Assembly: GCA_964016885.1 (NCBI GenBank)
Contig: OZ024743.1
Span: forward strand, 251,844,001-251,908,000
DNA length: 64,000 nt
Origin: Eledone cirrhosa
Taxonomy: Eukaryota
Direction of reading: 5' to 3'
Translations under genes and position numbers: made by a program
The notes under the pieces: generated by a model
Seen by the model: only the letters and a program-made list of their open reading frames with translations
What the model was told of the DNA's origin: nothing
The model's database searches: none
Part shown: in pieces, positions 37,801 to 51,240 of the stretch
How the letters are laid out: every line of letters starts with the position of its first letter
How positions within the stretch are numbered: the first letter of the stretch is position 1

Positions 37801-38615
37801 TATGATGCCTGCATACGAACAGCAATGTTACATGCCAGTGAGACTTGGGCATTGTGTGCAGATGATCTACGCAGACTGGAGAGGAACGAAGCTAGCATGC
37901 ACCGTTGGATGTGTAATAGTAATATACGTGAAAGGCAAAGCATAAATGAACTAAGTGAGAAATTAGGAATAAGAGGGATCAGATGCTGTTTACTCGAGAG
38001 AAGACTATGTTGGTATGGTCACGTGATGCGCATGAGAGACGACAGCTGTATAAAAAAGTGCAGGGCGATCAAAATAGATGGTAGCCACGGAGTAGGCAGA
38101 CCCAGAAAAACCTGGGACGACTTGATAAATTCCAACCTCACACACTTACACCTCTCCAAGACAATGTCACTGGACCGAGATATTTGTCGCTACGCAGTAA
38201 TACAGAAGACCCGCCTTGCCTAAGTGCAAAGCGAAACTTACAGTCAGTAGGTACCTCTTACCAAAATACACCCCGTCTCACTACCCCCACCCCATCCACA
38301 CCACCCCTTTCGATGTAAAGTTATGTTGGTACCACAACATCCAGTCTTAAATAAATGAGGTCGTGTAGGTGTCACGACAAAAAAACACACAGTCCACGCT
38401 GTAATGTAGCCATGTAGGTAACACGGTAAAAACCTCCCAGTCCACACTGTAAACGTGGTTGGTGTTAGGAAGGGCATCCAGCCATAGAAAACCTGCCAGA
38501 CAGTCCTATATGAGCAAGACAACCAATCTTGCCTCAAGTTGGAAAATTCCCGTCCAAACCCATGCTAGCGTGGAAGATGGACGTTAAACAATGATGATGA
38601 TGATGATGATGATGA

Positions 38616-38618
<3 letters not shown>
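34836..38618 (+). mobile_element. Near-full-length RTE-clade LINE (family A), pseudogenised: APE, RT and Cys-rich insert
   Basis: APE: [43 protein letters not shown]: YKGKGDALDRGNYRGIKL, QFGF, FVDLEKAFDRVP, GVHQGSVLSPLLF, YADD. Cys-rich: PCSVC..WVHKRC..CGRC. (GAT)n tail; multiple stops and frameshifts. Confidence 0.96.
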
Positions 38619-38655
<37 letters not shown>

Positions 38656-38660
38656 ATATA

Positions 38661-38708
<48 letters not shown>

Positions 38709-38791
38709 TATGGACCTGTTATTTTTATCTAAAGACATTTTTTCCAATTCCATCCCGCCCGTCCCCTCAATCTATTTTATTTCTCATTCTT

Positions 38792-38827
38792 TCTTCTGAT
38801 AAAGGACTAGCGTCCGAAACGTTAAGA
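38792..38827 (+). ncRNA. Minimal hammerhead motif (core G8>A) in a TA-flanked island, 38710-38912
   Basis: TCTT-CTGATAA-AGGAC(TAGC)GTCC-GAAA-CG-TT-AAGA. Confidence 0.65.
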
Positions 38828-38911
38828 CCCTCTTCCTGCTATATCAAGCGTTAACCTAATATATACCTTTCTTATACTGTACCGATTGTGATGTTATTTC
38901 TGTTTACCTTT

Positions 38912-38949
<38 letters not shown>

Positions 38950-38951
<2 letters not shown>

Positions 38952-39350
38952 CATCATCATCATCATCATCATCGTTTACCGTCCATTTTCCACGCTTGCA
39001 TGGGTTTGGACGGGAGTTTTCCCACTTGAGACAAGATTTGTTGTCCTGCTCGTATAGGACTCTCTAGCGGGATGTCTTTCCTAACACCAATCACGGCTAC
39101 AGTGTCGACTGGGAGGTTTTTACCGTGTTACCTACACGGCCACATTACAGCATGGACTGTGTGTTTTTTTTGTCATGACACCTACACAACCTCATTTGTT
39201 TCGGACTGGATGTTGTGGTACCAACATAACTTCACATTTAAGAGGGTGGTGTGGATGGAGTGGGGGTCGTGTAACGGGGGTGTATTTTGTTAGAGGTGCC
39301 TACTGACTGTAGGTTTCGCTTTGTACTTAGGCAAGGCGGGTCTTCTGTAT
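38950..39350 (-). mobile_element. RTE family A 3' end
   Basis: (CAT)n followed by the reverse complement of 38200-38600. Confidence 0.9.
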
Positions 39351-39406
39351 ATATATATACATTCTTAGTGCCTTATTTGCCTTGAGATGTTATAGGTCAA
39401 CAAGTT

Positions 39407-39447
<41 letters not shown>

Positions 39448-39874
39448 ATGCATGCATGTTTGTGTATGTTTCCAACAATTGGCAAAGCACCACATTAATC
39501 TCCCAGGAATTACCAAATAAAAGATATTTATGATGGAATAATAATTAACACAAAAGTTATCCTATGCAATGTTATTCTAAATCAGAATTAACCATATTCT
39601 CTGTTATTTCAGATTTAAATAACAACAAACAAACAACAATACTAGTTCAATGTACTATTATGGGAGGGGTTGGCAGGAATTGGTGGGTGCTAGATATTCT
39701 ATGAGGAGTCTTTCTTTCTGTGTACTGTATATCATTTAAAACAATAGGTGGGAACACTGTTGTTGCTCTTTCATAAAAATGTGTGACTGTTTCCTATTGA
39801 GTGGAAGAGTGAAGAAATTTATTGCTTAATACAATCATTTAGCACCCCCACCAACATTACCATCTCTGGAAATT

Positions 39875-40015
39875 TGGTATGGTATAGTATGGTATGGTAT
39901 GGCATAATATGACACAATGGTATAGCATGATATCATATGATATAGTATAGTATGGTACAGTATTGTTTAGTATGGTATGCCATGGTATGGTTTGGTATGA
40001 TATTATATCAATAAT
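39875..40015. repeat. Degenerate (TATGG)n
   Basis: Pentamer repeat. Confidence 0.8.
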
Positions 40016-40579
40016 GAGCCATGACACAGTGGAACTGAATCTGAAACCAAGTGGCTGCAAAGCGAATTTCCTTCATCACAGAACCATTCCTAATCTTATG
40101 CCATATAAAATGGAAAGAAATCTCATTTGTCTACTGCTAAGAAATAGCAAACAACAAAGATTTCCACCTCGTTCTATCATTATCCAAACACACAACTAGC
40201 ACTTGGTAGTTTCTCATGTGAACATGTTAGAATTTTTCCCACCATTCTCTACAGTATTTCTTCTGTAATGAATTATGACATTGCTGAACCAATTCTATAT
40301 TATGTTATAGTTCCCATGATACGGATAAATTTGTGAAAACATTTGTATTCTTTATGCTAAAATTGTATAAAATCATTAAATGTATAGCCAGCCATTCTCT
40401 TTATATGGACAGATCCTAATAAAACATCAAGTGGAGCAAATATTTTCACAGACTCATAAGACAGCGTAATATATTGTTAAGGTTGTATATATTCTTGTTG
40501 TGTAGGTATAGGTATGTGTGTGTGTGTGTGTGTCAATTTGAAATTGGCAATAATTGCAGACATGTTTTAGACACTTAAC

Positions 40580-41165
40580 TCTTACTTTGCCATTTTTCTA
40601 ATAAAAGTCATTGCCTATGATTTTCAAAGCTTCTTACATAAGATTATGATGAAAGGTTGTTAGATAAATATAATCAATTTAACCCTTTCATTACCATATT
40701 CATAGTGAAACACATGGCCTATGATTTTTCAAATAATCAAGAATTATGAAAGGTATTAGTAATATAATTACATTTCCCGTTATTTTTCTGGGGTTTGGTG
40801 CATAACTTAACAATATTGTTTACATTAAATTATGGTAGAATCTTTTAAGGTAAATATAAACACCTTCACCTTTACCTTCACCTTTACCTTCACCTTCACC
40901 TTCACCTTATATTTTTAATGAAACACACTGCCTATGATTTTCAAATAATTTGGAAAAAAATCAATAATTTGGAGGGATTTAATAATATAAAATTACATAA
41001 TATTATGATAGAAGGTTTTTAGATATAAACAATTTAGTTGTTTTATTATCATATTTCCAATGAAAGATATTGCCCAGGATTTTCAAGAGATTTAGTAATA
41101 TAATTATCTTTCTCATTATTAAGGTGGTGTTTAAGACTTAACAAAATGTTCTTACACCTTAAATT
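40580..41165. repeat. Tandem decayed copies of a second TTAA MITE-like repeat (M2), with (CACCTT)n at 40861-40908
   Basis: Recurring TGCCTATGATTTTCAAA..ATTATG..AGG.TTTTAGATA; related to 56277-56525. Confidence 0.55.
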
Positions 41166-43589
41166 ATTTTCTCTACCTTTCTGTTGTCTCTCATTCACAT
41201 TAGTCTCTTCGCCATTTCTCTCTATCCTCTCTCACCCTCAAACACTCACACACACATACTCTCTCTGGGTTTTTAGTTTTTCTTTAATCCATTGTCTAAC
41301 TCAATTAACAGAGCTATTAATCTTTAAGCAGTTTAACAACTAAACAATTCCAGTGGTGTGTAGGGGAGTTATTCTTGTTGATATGGATTCTTGGAATAAA
41401 CAATTAATGTCAAGTGCCCCCCCCCCCCCCCCTGATACATCTTCTACCTCAACTAATACAATTCTTACAAAGAAAGGAGTCTTTCATAACCCTGTAATGC
41501 ATATGCCACACACACATTCTGGCATACACACATACACTCACAGATTCACAAACACACATCCTCACATGCACTCACATAGATGCACATACTTACACACATG
41601 CATAAAATACACTCTCAAACATACACATAAACAATCATGTATACACACTCTCTCCCACACATCTATTAACAGACATGTAATGACATACACACTCTCACAC
41701 ATACATTAACACACCTTAACATGCATTGATATACACATGCTCACACATACTCACACATAAAAATACAAATGCACACACATGCTCACACATAAAAATACAA
41801 ATGCACACACACACACCCACACATATATAGATACATGCATATACATACTCATACACACAAAAAAGATAGATAAAATAAAGTACCAATCAGGGATCAATAT
41901 AACCAACTGTCTCTTTACTCCCCCAAATTCTTCAATTGAGGATCATAAATATTTCTCAAGTTGAGATATTCTTCACATTGGTCATTGTAAGAATATTTAA
42001 TTCTTTTTGCCATCATTTAGAAGAACCCACCCCTCTCCTAACCAAACAATGAAGCAAAAAATTGAAGATTTTGCTTTTTGGAGCTGGTTTAAGAACATTT
42101 TAGTTGGGGTGTGTATTTTTTTCTCTCTCTGAAGAATTATCTGGGAGTTGAACTCAGAATGTAAAGAGCCAGAACAAATATTGCAATGGGATTTTATCTA
42201 GTGCCCTAGCAATTTTGTCAATCCCTCACCTTGAAAACATGAATTATATTGACCCCATTACTTAAAGTACTGGTACTTTATTTTATCAGTCTTGGGAGGA
42301 TGGAAGGAAAACCTCTGCAGGATTTGAACTCAGAATATAAAGCTCTAGAATGTTTCATTCCCTGTAATTTGAACTCATATCAGCCAGAATGCATGAACAC
42401 AAGTCATTTTATTGAACACTTCAGCCTGACAGAGCATATGACAACCTCTATAGTGTTGGTGCTTTGATGAAATACCTCCAGACTATAGAGTACTGATGTT
42501 ACTATAAAATACACTCATTAAGCTCTGTAAAGTGTTTGTGCTGGTGTCTCAATAAAATGCATCCAGCCAACACTGTAAAATGGTATTGCTTGTTCCACAA
42601 TGAAAGGTTCCAGCACACTCTGTAAAGTGATTGCCATAAGAAAGGGCATGCACCCATAGATATTATGCTCAACATAGAATGTATAAGCAAGATGTGACCT
42701 CACTGACCTGTCTACTCTAAGATGATGGCAACCATCCAACCCATACCAGCATCAACGGCAGATACAATATGACGATGGAGATGATTCTATAATGATAACT
42801 ATACAAATTCACTGCCAGTATTTTTCCATTGATACAAATATAAAAATACCTTGGGGTATTTGTTAATATTAAGTTTCCAACCCAACAATATTCGTTGGAA
42901 CCAAGTTTATCTATCCATTCCTTCATCATCTTGGTATCCATTTCATCATATGTTACCAATGTAGTTCTCAAAAGTTTTGCTGCTAATGTTTTTTATTCCA
43001 TTGAGTGCTATGAGGCATTTCAAATCTTGTCTTCTTCCTTTGATCTCCAGTCTTATCATTATTTTTCATATGTAACAATAAACTGCCATTCAGCTATGCA
43101 GTTTGACTTTTAATTTGACATACTCAATTACTTTCAGGTCATATTTCATATCCATAGAAGTTCTGCTGCTATTTCTTCTGCAACATAATTTTGAGATTGG
43201 TTTACTCTTTAGACAGATAAACAACAATTGTATAACTATGGACGAAGGACAAATACAAACTGAAAGCGAAACTACTAATTGGGTTATGTTTTCATATTGC
43301 ATCGTAATTACAATTAATAACAACACTTTTGATACCAAACTGCCTGAAGCAGTCCTTGGTTTCAACTACAAACTATATTTTATTGTATTTATAGTTATTT
43401 TAAAACTTTCAATCATAATTTTCAGTTGAGAACCATAATGATGTTCTAAACGCCAGTTTAATCATGAAATCATAAATGTTTAATCATGAAATCATAAATG
43501 CTTCTCAATACTTGATTATTTTCAGAAATAATTGAAAATCATAGACAGAGGAGGGGTAAATGTAAAAGCCCACCTGCTACCTTACATTT

Positions 43590-43955
43590 GGTATTCTTTC
43601 CCACCCTTACCTATGGTCCTGAATCTTGGGTAATGACCTAAAGAATACGATTATGAATACAAGTGACTGAAATGGGGTTTCACCAAAAGGTCTTTGGAGT
43701 AACATTACTCGATAGCATGCATAGCTTGGAAAGTCATTTCAAGTAGAGCCAATACATCTGATATTATGGGCATGTGGTTAGAATATCTGAGGAAAGAATT
43801 GTAGGACAGATTTTATGGGCAAAACCAACTGGCATGAGACCCAGGGGTAGACACTGAGCAAGATGTTCTGACAGGACATGCTGGAAGGGGTGTTTGTGGA
43901 TTCTGCTCCCATGACTATCTCAGAAATATATGGGTGAAGAAGATGAACATGATGA
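43590..43955 (+). pseudogene. Decayed RTE-like 3' end
   Basis: PTLTYGPESWVMT..EMGF..YYGHVVRISEERIV.QIL.AKPTG.RPRGR. Confidence 0.7.
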
Positions 43956-44369
43956 TAAAAGAGTCAATATTTTTATATTTACAATAATTCTATTTATGAA
44001 TCTATATTTTGCAAACAAATTTTATAATGAGAAAGTGTTTTATTGCTAAATCCATTCCAATTCTTGATTATTTTCAAAATTATTTTTAAACTATAGGCAT
44101 TGTCTTTCATTAGATACATGGTAATGAAATGGTTTAAATTAACTTATCAGCCACTCTATGCAAATTTATGTTTAGTCACACATCAAATTATTGTACACTC
44201 TGCAAAGGGGTAAGCACTAGGAGAGGCATTCAACTGTAGAAATCAAGCCAAAAGCAGTTCAGTATGAGCAAGGCATTCATCTGACCTGGCATTTCTCACA
44301 ACTGGACAACTAATCTAACAGATGCTAGCATGGAAAAATGGATGTTAAGCAGTGATGATGATGATGATA

Positions 44370-45993
44370 TATATAGTTACACAACAGTTAGTTCACCATA
44401 CCGAGAACAATTGTTTCACCTTAGCGGATCCTCAGCTCGTAATGGACATGGTTATACGGAACAAGAAGGACAACCATATGGACGCACATGCGCAGAAACG
44501 GTCACTTCACCTAGGCAATACAAAATTGCGTGTGAGAGGTGTAAGGGAGATAATTGCGAAAGTCCGAAAGTTTCTAGTTGATAAGAAAATTAGGATGTTG
44601 TTGTAATTCAATCTGGAGCTTTGTAGTTATGTAAGAGGTGTTTCCAGACGTGTAGACAACGTGTAAAGAATTCATTTTTTGAGTTTAAGCAATCACTATT
44701 GCGTAATCTCTTTAGAATATTAATTCGTTCATCAATACATAGTCCGCATGACGGATTGCCCCTTGCATATGGGTTGGACTTAGTGATGACTTTCCATTGA
44801 ATGGAGTAGTTTATACTCGAGTCCTTGAGGGGCCATACATGGCTCACGAGTTTTGTGGATGATCGTTTGTCCGGGTACCTAAAGGTCGACTGATGGTTCA
44901 AGAACCATTCCTTAAATCGGCCCTCCGCCATACCCACATAGGATTTGACCTCGTGTGGTTGATTTGGTTGGTTGGAAGTGACCACAGCTTCATAAACTAC
45001 AGCGGGTGTGTTGCATTGCTGTTGAAGGGGACAAGCTTCAGGCTTTCGGCAAGAGCATCCTGGTGGTGTGTTGCTTTTAACGCTGTTGGTGATGTGGGCC
45101 TTTATATTCTTAGCGCAGGAGTATCCTAGTTTTACTTTGTGTCTGTTAAAGATGGAGCGGTATTTGTGACCTATGGGAAAGTGTCTATCTAAGAGGGCTA
45201 GACATTTTTTTCCTACATTGGTTTTAACGTTGAGTGAGAAGGGAGGAGAGAACCAGATAGATTGTTTATTGTTACACTTTCTTTTCTTATTGCTGTTGTT
45301 GTTAGTGGGAGAGTAAGTGTTAGCTGATGCCGTGTTATAGTAGGGTGCCACTCTGTCAAAGATAGCCTTATTAGAGGAGAGGTTAGAGATTCTAGTACTG
45401 ATATTATTTACGAAGTTTCTAAAAACAGTGGGAGGCTGGCACGAGTCCTTGTGAATGTAATTGTGTTTTTCGTTAAGCTTAGGGAAGGGTCTGTAGGTGT
45501 GTGTCTAAGAAATCTACGCTAGAGAGGTTAGTAGCTACTGTTATCCTAAGTCCTAACTCATTGAAGGTTGAAGTTAAGTCTTTTTTAAACCGGTCGAGGT
45601 TGTGACCACTTTTATGGCTCGATAAGGTCAGTCCATCGTCGCAGTATATTCCTGTGTGGAAGTCCAGGAATCTAACACGTAATATGTCTAAAATAAATAG
45701 GCCAGCCAAGTCGCATACGTCTGCACTGTCAAACGATCCCATGGAAACATCGAATAGTTCTGAAGTGGTTGACTTCTTTGCCCAGGCTACTCTGTTGCTG
45801 AAGAGGCGGGTTTTCCGGCAGTGTGCGATGATTTCCCTGTCTAAAACATGGACGGTAGTGTAAGTGGTAACAAAGTCCAACGCTTTGTTTAACAGGGTCT
45901 CTGAGATCGACGGGTAAAAATCTATATATATATAGTTCGGATCTAGCTCTTAAAATGGCTGGAGTTCAGCTGTCGAGGTACTGATTCTTTTCC
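44370..45993 (-). mobile_element. 5'-truncated Penelope-like element, Naiad-like
   Basis: RT: FYPSISE, FDVSMGSFDSADVCDL.GL, GIYCDDGL, VDFLD. EN ORF 44608..45351: WFSPPFS.NVKTNVGK, CSCRKPEACPLQQQC, VVY..SYVG..FK..H, CGLCIDE, LNSKNE..CLH. An opposite-strand terminus remnant lies at 45934-45993. Confidence 0.92.
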
Positions 45994-46016
45994 TATATAT
46001 ATATATATACGCATAC

Positions 46017-46062
<46 letters not shown>

Positions 46063-46642
46063 ATATGTATATATAAGCAGTAGCATTAACATAGCATGAT
46101 TAATAATAGATGTGTATACAGAAAGATATGTTATATGTTTATGTATAATAAACATACATAAGTCTTGCTGTGATCATGTATGTATGAATACATACACAGC
46201 CACACACATTAGAACTAACAATAACTGTCCCTCGAACACAGTATCTCCACTACCACCACCTTCACCCAAATCTAAGGCATGTATGTGTGCATGCATGCAA
46301 GGCAGTGGCTGTATATGTATGTATATATATATATATTTATATATGTGCGTGCTTGTGTGCGTGTTAGGATGTGTGTATCTGTATATGCGGATGTTTGTGC
46401 GTATGTACATTATGTATGCAGGGTAATGACTGTGTGTAATTTGTATGCATGCCTGTGTGTGATAGTGTGTGTGTATGTGTGACTGTGTATGTGTATGTGT
46501 GTGTTGTAATGTATGATAATGTGTGTGGCATTGTGTGATATTGGTTTCAGTTGTTTTAAAGAGATGACAGCAGTTGAATTTAGACACGGGTAACAGCTGA
46601 GTAAACCATCCATTGCAGGGTTTCTTGATGTGAATTATCACA

Positions 46643-47147
46643 CAGTAGTAGTAGTAGTTGTAGTAGTGGTAGTGATGCTGGTTGGGGTAGTGGTGGTACT
46701 AGTGCTGGTAGTCGTGGTGCTGGTGGTGGCGGATGGTGTTAGTATTGGTTGTGTTGGTAGGGGTAGTGGTGGTGGTGACGGTAGTGGTAGTAGGAGCAGT
46801 GGTAGTAGTAGTTGTTCTGGTGGTGGCAGATGGTGTTAGTATTGGTTGTGTTGGTAGTGGTGGTAGGGGTGGTGGTGGTGGTGATGGTAGTGATAGTAGG
46901 AGCAGTGGTGGTACTAGTGCTGGTAGTGGTAGTAGTTGTATTAGTAGTAGTAGTAGTGGGGGTATGTGGTAGTAGTAGTGGTGGTATGTGGTAGTAGTGA
47001 TGATGGTGGTAGTGTTGTCAATGGTGTGAGTTGGTAGTTGTGGTTGTGAAGATGGTATGGATCGGTGATAGTGGTGGTGGTAATAGTAGTAGTAGTAGTA
47101 ATAATGGGAGTAATGATGATGATGGTGGAGGTTGTGGTTGTTGTGTA
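46643..47147. repeat. (GTA/GTG) low-complexity tract with an internal duplication of about 100 bp
   Basis: GATGGTGTTAGTATTGGTTGTGTTGGTAG occurs at 46732 and 46829. Confidence 0.85.
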
Positions 47148-47334
47148 ACTAAATTTATTAAACAACAGAAGAATGCAGTGGAGTTCTTGGCATATTTATT
47201 GTAGATGTGTGGTGGAGGGAGAGAGGAAAGAAACTGGAGGAGATAAAACAGTGATGTTTTATTTAGTATACTTCTGATATATTGAATCAGGATTCTTTTA
47301 TTAGCCACAAGGGCTCACACTTATAACACAATAA

Positions 47335-47600
47335 ACGCTATAAACATAGGAATTACAATACATGTTGGCCTGGGTCAAGTTATATAATACTGTAAACATA
47401 GATATAAGGAGTTATAATACATGTGGGGTTGGACAACGTTATATAATGCTGTAAACATAAATATAGGGAGTATTAATACATGTGAGCTTGGACAATGTTA
47501 TCTTATACTGTAAACATTTTAAACACAGGAAGTTACAATACATGTGGGCTGAACAGAGTTATATAAAAACAAGGATATGAGCAGGGACATTACACAATAG
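47335..47600. repeat. Minisatellite, unit about 60 bp, about 4.5 copies
   Basis: TGTAAACATA..GGAGTTA(T/C)AATACATGTG.GC.TGGACAA.GTTATATAATAC. Confidence 0.85.
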
Positions 47601-49811
47601 GTGGGTTAAAATTTGGTAAAATATGAAATAATTATAAAATTATTATAAGACATGATAATTAATACAAAATATGATATAAAATAAACAACATGTATTTTTT
47701 TTTTTGTTTTGGTGGAGGCAAGACATTTTGGCTGACACTCTAATGACCTCAGAACTCCAATTGCCATTACAATCACCATACTTACCAGCAACAACATCCA
47801 CTGCTTCCAACCTCTAATCAGCACAAACAACACTATTAACCCCAACTCACTTATTACAACTAATATTGCTAACATAGGAATAAGGCTTCAAATTTTGTTG
47901 GCAGCAGGATATAGTAGATTTTGTAGGCCCCCAATGCTTGACTGGTACTTAATTAAATATGGAAGGATAAATGTCAAAATCGATCTCAGCAGAGTTTGAA
48001 CTCAGAACATAAAGAGCTTGAAGCAAATGCTACAGGACATTTTCTTAATCACTCTAACAATACTTGTGCATGTTCTCCAAGATATACCTAATTCATAATT
48101 CTTGAACCAAGCAAAGAAACACTTTTATGTATTCCTCAATGCCTGTACTGGACTGGTATTATAGCCGCAAAGTTCATAGGCTGACCAAGATACTCTCACG
48201 GAATCACCAAATGAGGTTTATTTTTCAACATAGTCCCTGGAAAGAAACAATGCTGTTATTAATAAGAAGAGTTGAAATTAATGCATGCAAGATTTCACAG
48301 CTCTAGCTTCACTCTTTCATAGTCAATCTATGAATTTTTCAGCCCACCATTCTATTCTATTGATTTTGGACGTATGAAAAGCAATGTTGATCTCAGCTGG
48401 ATTTGACTTGAAAACATAATGAATGTATGGACTCGTAACTCTGGTAAAGGCACTATAAGCACATATGGCATATCTTAATTACTTTAAATATGGTAGAACC
48501 CTTCCTTCTGCAGGTCTGAACAGAGCCAGTTTCTTCTAGAGAAAAAGAGAGAGAGGAAGTGAGAAAGAGATACAGAGGGATAATCGACCCCAATATTGGA
48601 TTAGTGCTTTTTTATTGAATGCGAAAGGATGAAAAGAAAATTTGACCTCCATGGGATTTGAACACAGAGACTGCAGAGAGCTGATATGAATGCTGCAAAG
48701 TATTCTATCTGATGATTCATAACTCTGCCAATTCAGCACCTCAGAAAGTAAAGATCTAGAACTAAAAGCTGAATAAACTGGAGTACCCTGAAATGCCTAG
48801 CGCAAAAACAAATTGTATCACCCAGACTGGCAACTGAGCCTTATAATAGTGAGCTCAACACCCTTGCCATTAGGTCACATGACTTCATGATTGTAAAGAA
48901 CTGGAATTGGAATCAAAATATGGCAAATCTTTTCTTCGATGCTCTACTGTTCTACCAATGATATAGCACTACTGTGCATGTTATCTCCAAGTTGTCCTTA
49001 ATTCTTGCTTCAAGAAAGAAAAATCTTGATATATTTTCTAAAACTATGAATAATAAAAGTAATAATTGTTTCTACTTTAGGCACAAGGCCAGCAATTACC
49101 CAGTGTATTACTGGTACTTTATTTTATCGACCCCGTAAGGATGAAAGGCAAGTTTAATAATAATAATAATAATAATTTCAAGAAGAAGAAGCTAGGATAA
49201 CAAATTAATATTTGATAGGATGCAGCTGGCAAAACAGCTTGACATTTCTTGGTGAAATTATTCATTATAAATGAAGAATAACATTGGCCTAAGATGGTGG
49301 GGAGAGAAGTATTGCTACTGTTGGGGGTGGTGGCAGGCCAAAGGAGGGTGGAAGGGAGATAGCTTGGATATGGTGGGGGTGGTCAGAAAAGAGGAAGGGA
49401 TTGCTGTAGTGTCTGTGTATGTATGTGTGTATGGGTAAGTATGTAGGTATGCAAAGCATAGGGAATGATATGAGGATGGTCAAGAAGGGATTAAGAGTTG
49501 ATGTAATGTGTTTGTGTATTGGTGGGGTTAGACTGAATCCCTTGAGGATGAGTGTGAGATTGAGTAGAGGTAAATGATCATGGCTGGTGGAGAGGAGTGA
49601 GCACTGTATGGGCCAGTGGTGAGGAGGTATCAGGAGTGGTTGTTGTGGATAGGTATTTTAGATGGTGAGTGGGGTTAGCAGCATATGAGGGCGGAAGGGG
49701 AAGTTAGATTAGTGATTAGTGAGAGGGTGGCAAGGAAGGGACTAGGGATGAATGAAATGTGTGAAGATACAGGCATGGTGGAGTTAGACGAGCAGCCTGT
49801 GAAAAGAGCAG

Positions 49812-50029
49812 TTAACCCTTTAGCATTTAAACCGGCTATAACCGGCCAGAATTCTCTGACCTCTTTCTCTTCAAACCAGCCATAACTTGCCATTCATACT
49901 GATGTTAAGGCATTGTTCTCAAAATAGATAACATCAAAATCTCATAGATTTAATATTATGTGAGATAAAGCCTTTACTGCCAAAATACAATAGTATATAT
50001 ATAGAATAATGTAAATGCTAAAAGTTTAA
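49812..50029 (-). mobile_element. piggyBac-like MITE M1
   Basis: TTAACCCTTTAGCATTTA..TAAATGCTAAAAGTTTAA; the interior is the reverse complement of the 27772 copy. Confidence 0.83.
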
Positions 50030-50591
50030 AGTGGGGAATTAATGGGAAGGTGATCAGGAAGGGTTCAGGGATTTGTGTAGTGTGTGTGTGTGTGGATAGA
50101 GGACAGGTTAGACAGAATTCTTTGAGGATGAGTGGGAAATCGAGTAGAGGTTCATGATAGTAGCCATTTGAGGTAATCAGGCTTTACATCAAATAAAATG
50201 ATTGAGACCAACAATAATAAAGACACATTTATATAGATTAGACCTCCGCCAGTTCCAACGATGAGTGTTACAGTTAGTTGATCAACAATACAGCCTGCTC
50301 ATGAAATTAAGGTATAAGTGTCTGAGCATTCTATAGACACAGGCACACACACCCACCCATAATATAATTCAGTGTGGCACAGTATGTAATAAAAATACAG
50401 TCTATCTTGTATTATAGAATAAGTGGCTGAGGATTTTATAGATACATATACAGTTAACATAATTCTCATGGAGAATCCATGTGACAAAGCCGGCCCTTTG
50501 TATTATAAATACAGTCCATCTTGTATTTTAGAAGAAGCTGAACATTCCACAGATACATATACTCTTTATATAATCTTGTATTATTGTCAGC

Positions 50592-50840
50592 ATTATAATG
50601 GCTTCTGATTTAGGCACAAGGCCAGCAATTTTGAGGGCGGGGAAAGTCGATTAAATTGACCCCAGTGCATTACTGGTGCTTTATTTTATCCGCCCTGTAA
50701 GGATGAAAGGCAAAGCTAACCTCAGCAGGATTTGTTCTGAGTTCAAATCCCGCCAAGGTTAGCTTTGCTTTTCATCCTTATAGGGATGATTTAATCGACT
50801 TTCCCTCCCCCACAATTGTTCACCTTGTGCCTAAATCAGA
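50592..50840. mobile_element. Head-to-head fused S1 SINE halves
   Basis: A minus copy up to about 50734 joins a plus copy starting at TTCTGAGTTCAAATCC. Confidence 0.75.
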
Positions 50841-51240
50841 CTATAGTGTCAGCTGAGCATTTGATAGACATGTGTAACCTTAATGTAATTTTCAGGAGAT
50901 TCAATGTGACACAATATCTGACAAAGTCAGCTCTTTGAATTACAAATACAGTCTATCTTGTATTAAAGTGTAAGAGGCTAGGTGTTCTAGAGACATGTGT
51001 ACACTTCGTAATTCTGAGGGAGATTCAGCACAACACAGTATATGACAAGGCCAACCCTTTTAATTACAGGTATAAGTCATCTGACAAGCTTGCATTTCTG
51101 TCCAACCAGTTCCACTCACAAGGAACAGTTCAACCCAAGGCAATATTGAATTGCTTAAGATGCCACACAGTGGGATTGAATCTAAAACATGATTGTGAAG
51201 AAAAGTTTTTCACCATTCAGCCATGCTGCATCCCCATTAA

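Noticed and set aside
42432-42500. SECIS-like stem-loop (ATGA..CTCTATAGT..ACTATAGAG..TGAT)
   Set aside because: No linked TGA-containing ORF, poor geometry, and it sits just upstream of a decayed RTE/SINE-like tail.
42740-43430. ORFs 42717-43429 as a gene
   Set aside because: Short, overlapping and without motifs; probably a decayed LINE but not assignable.
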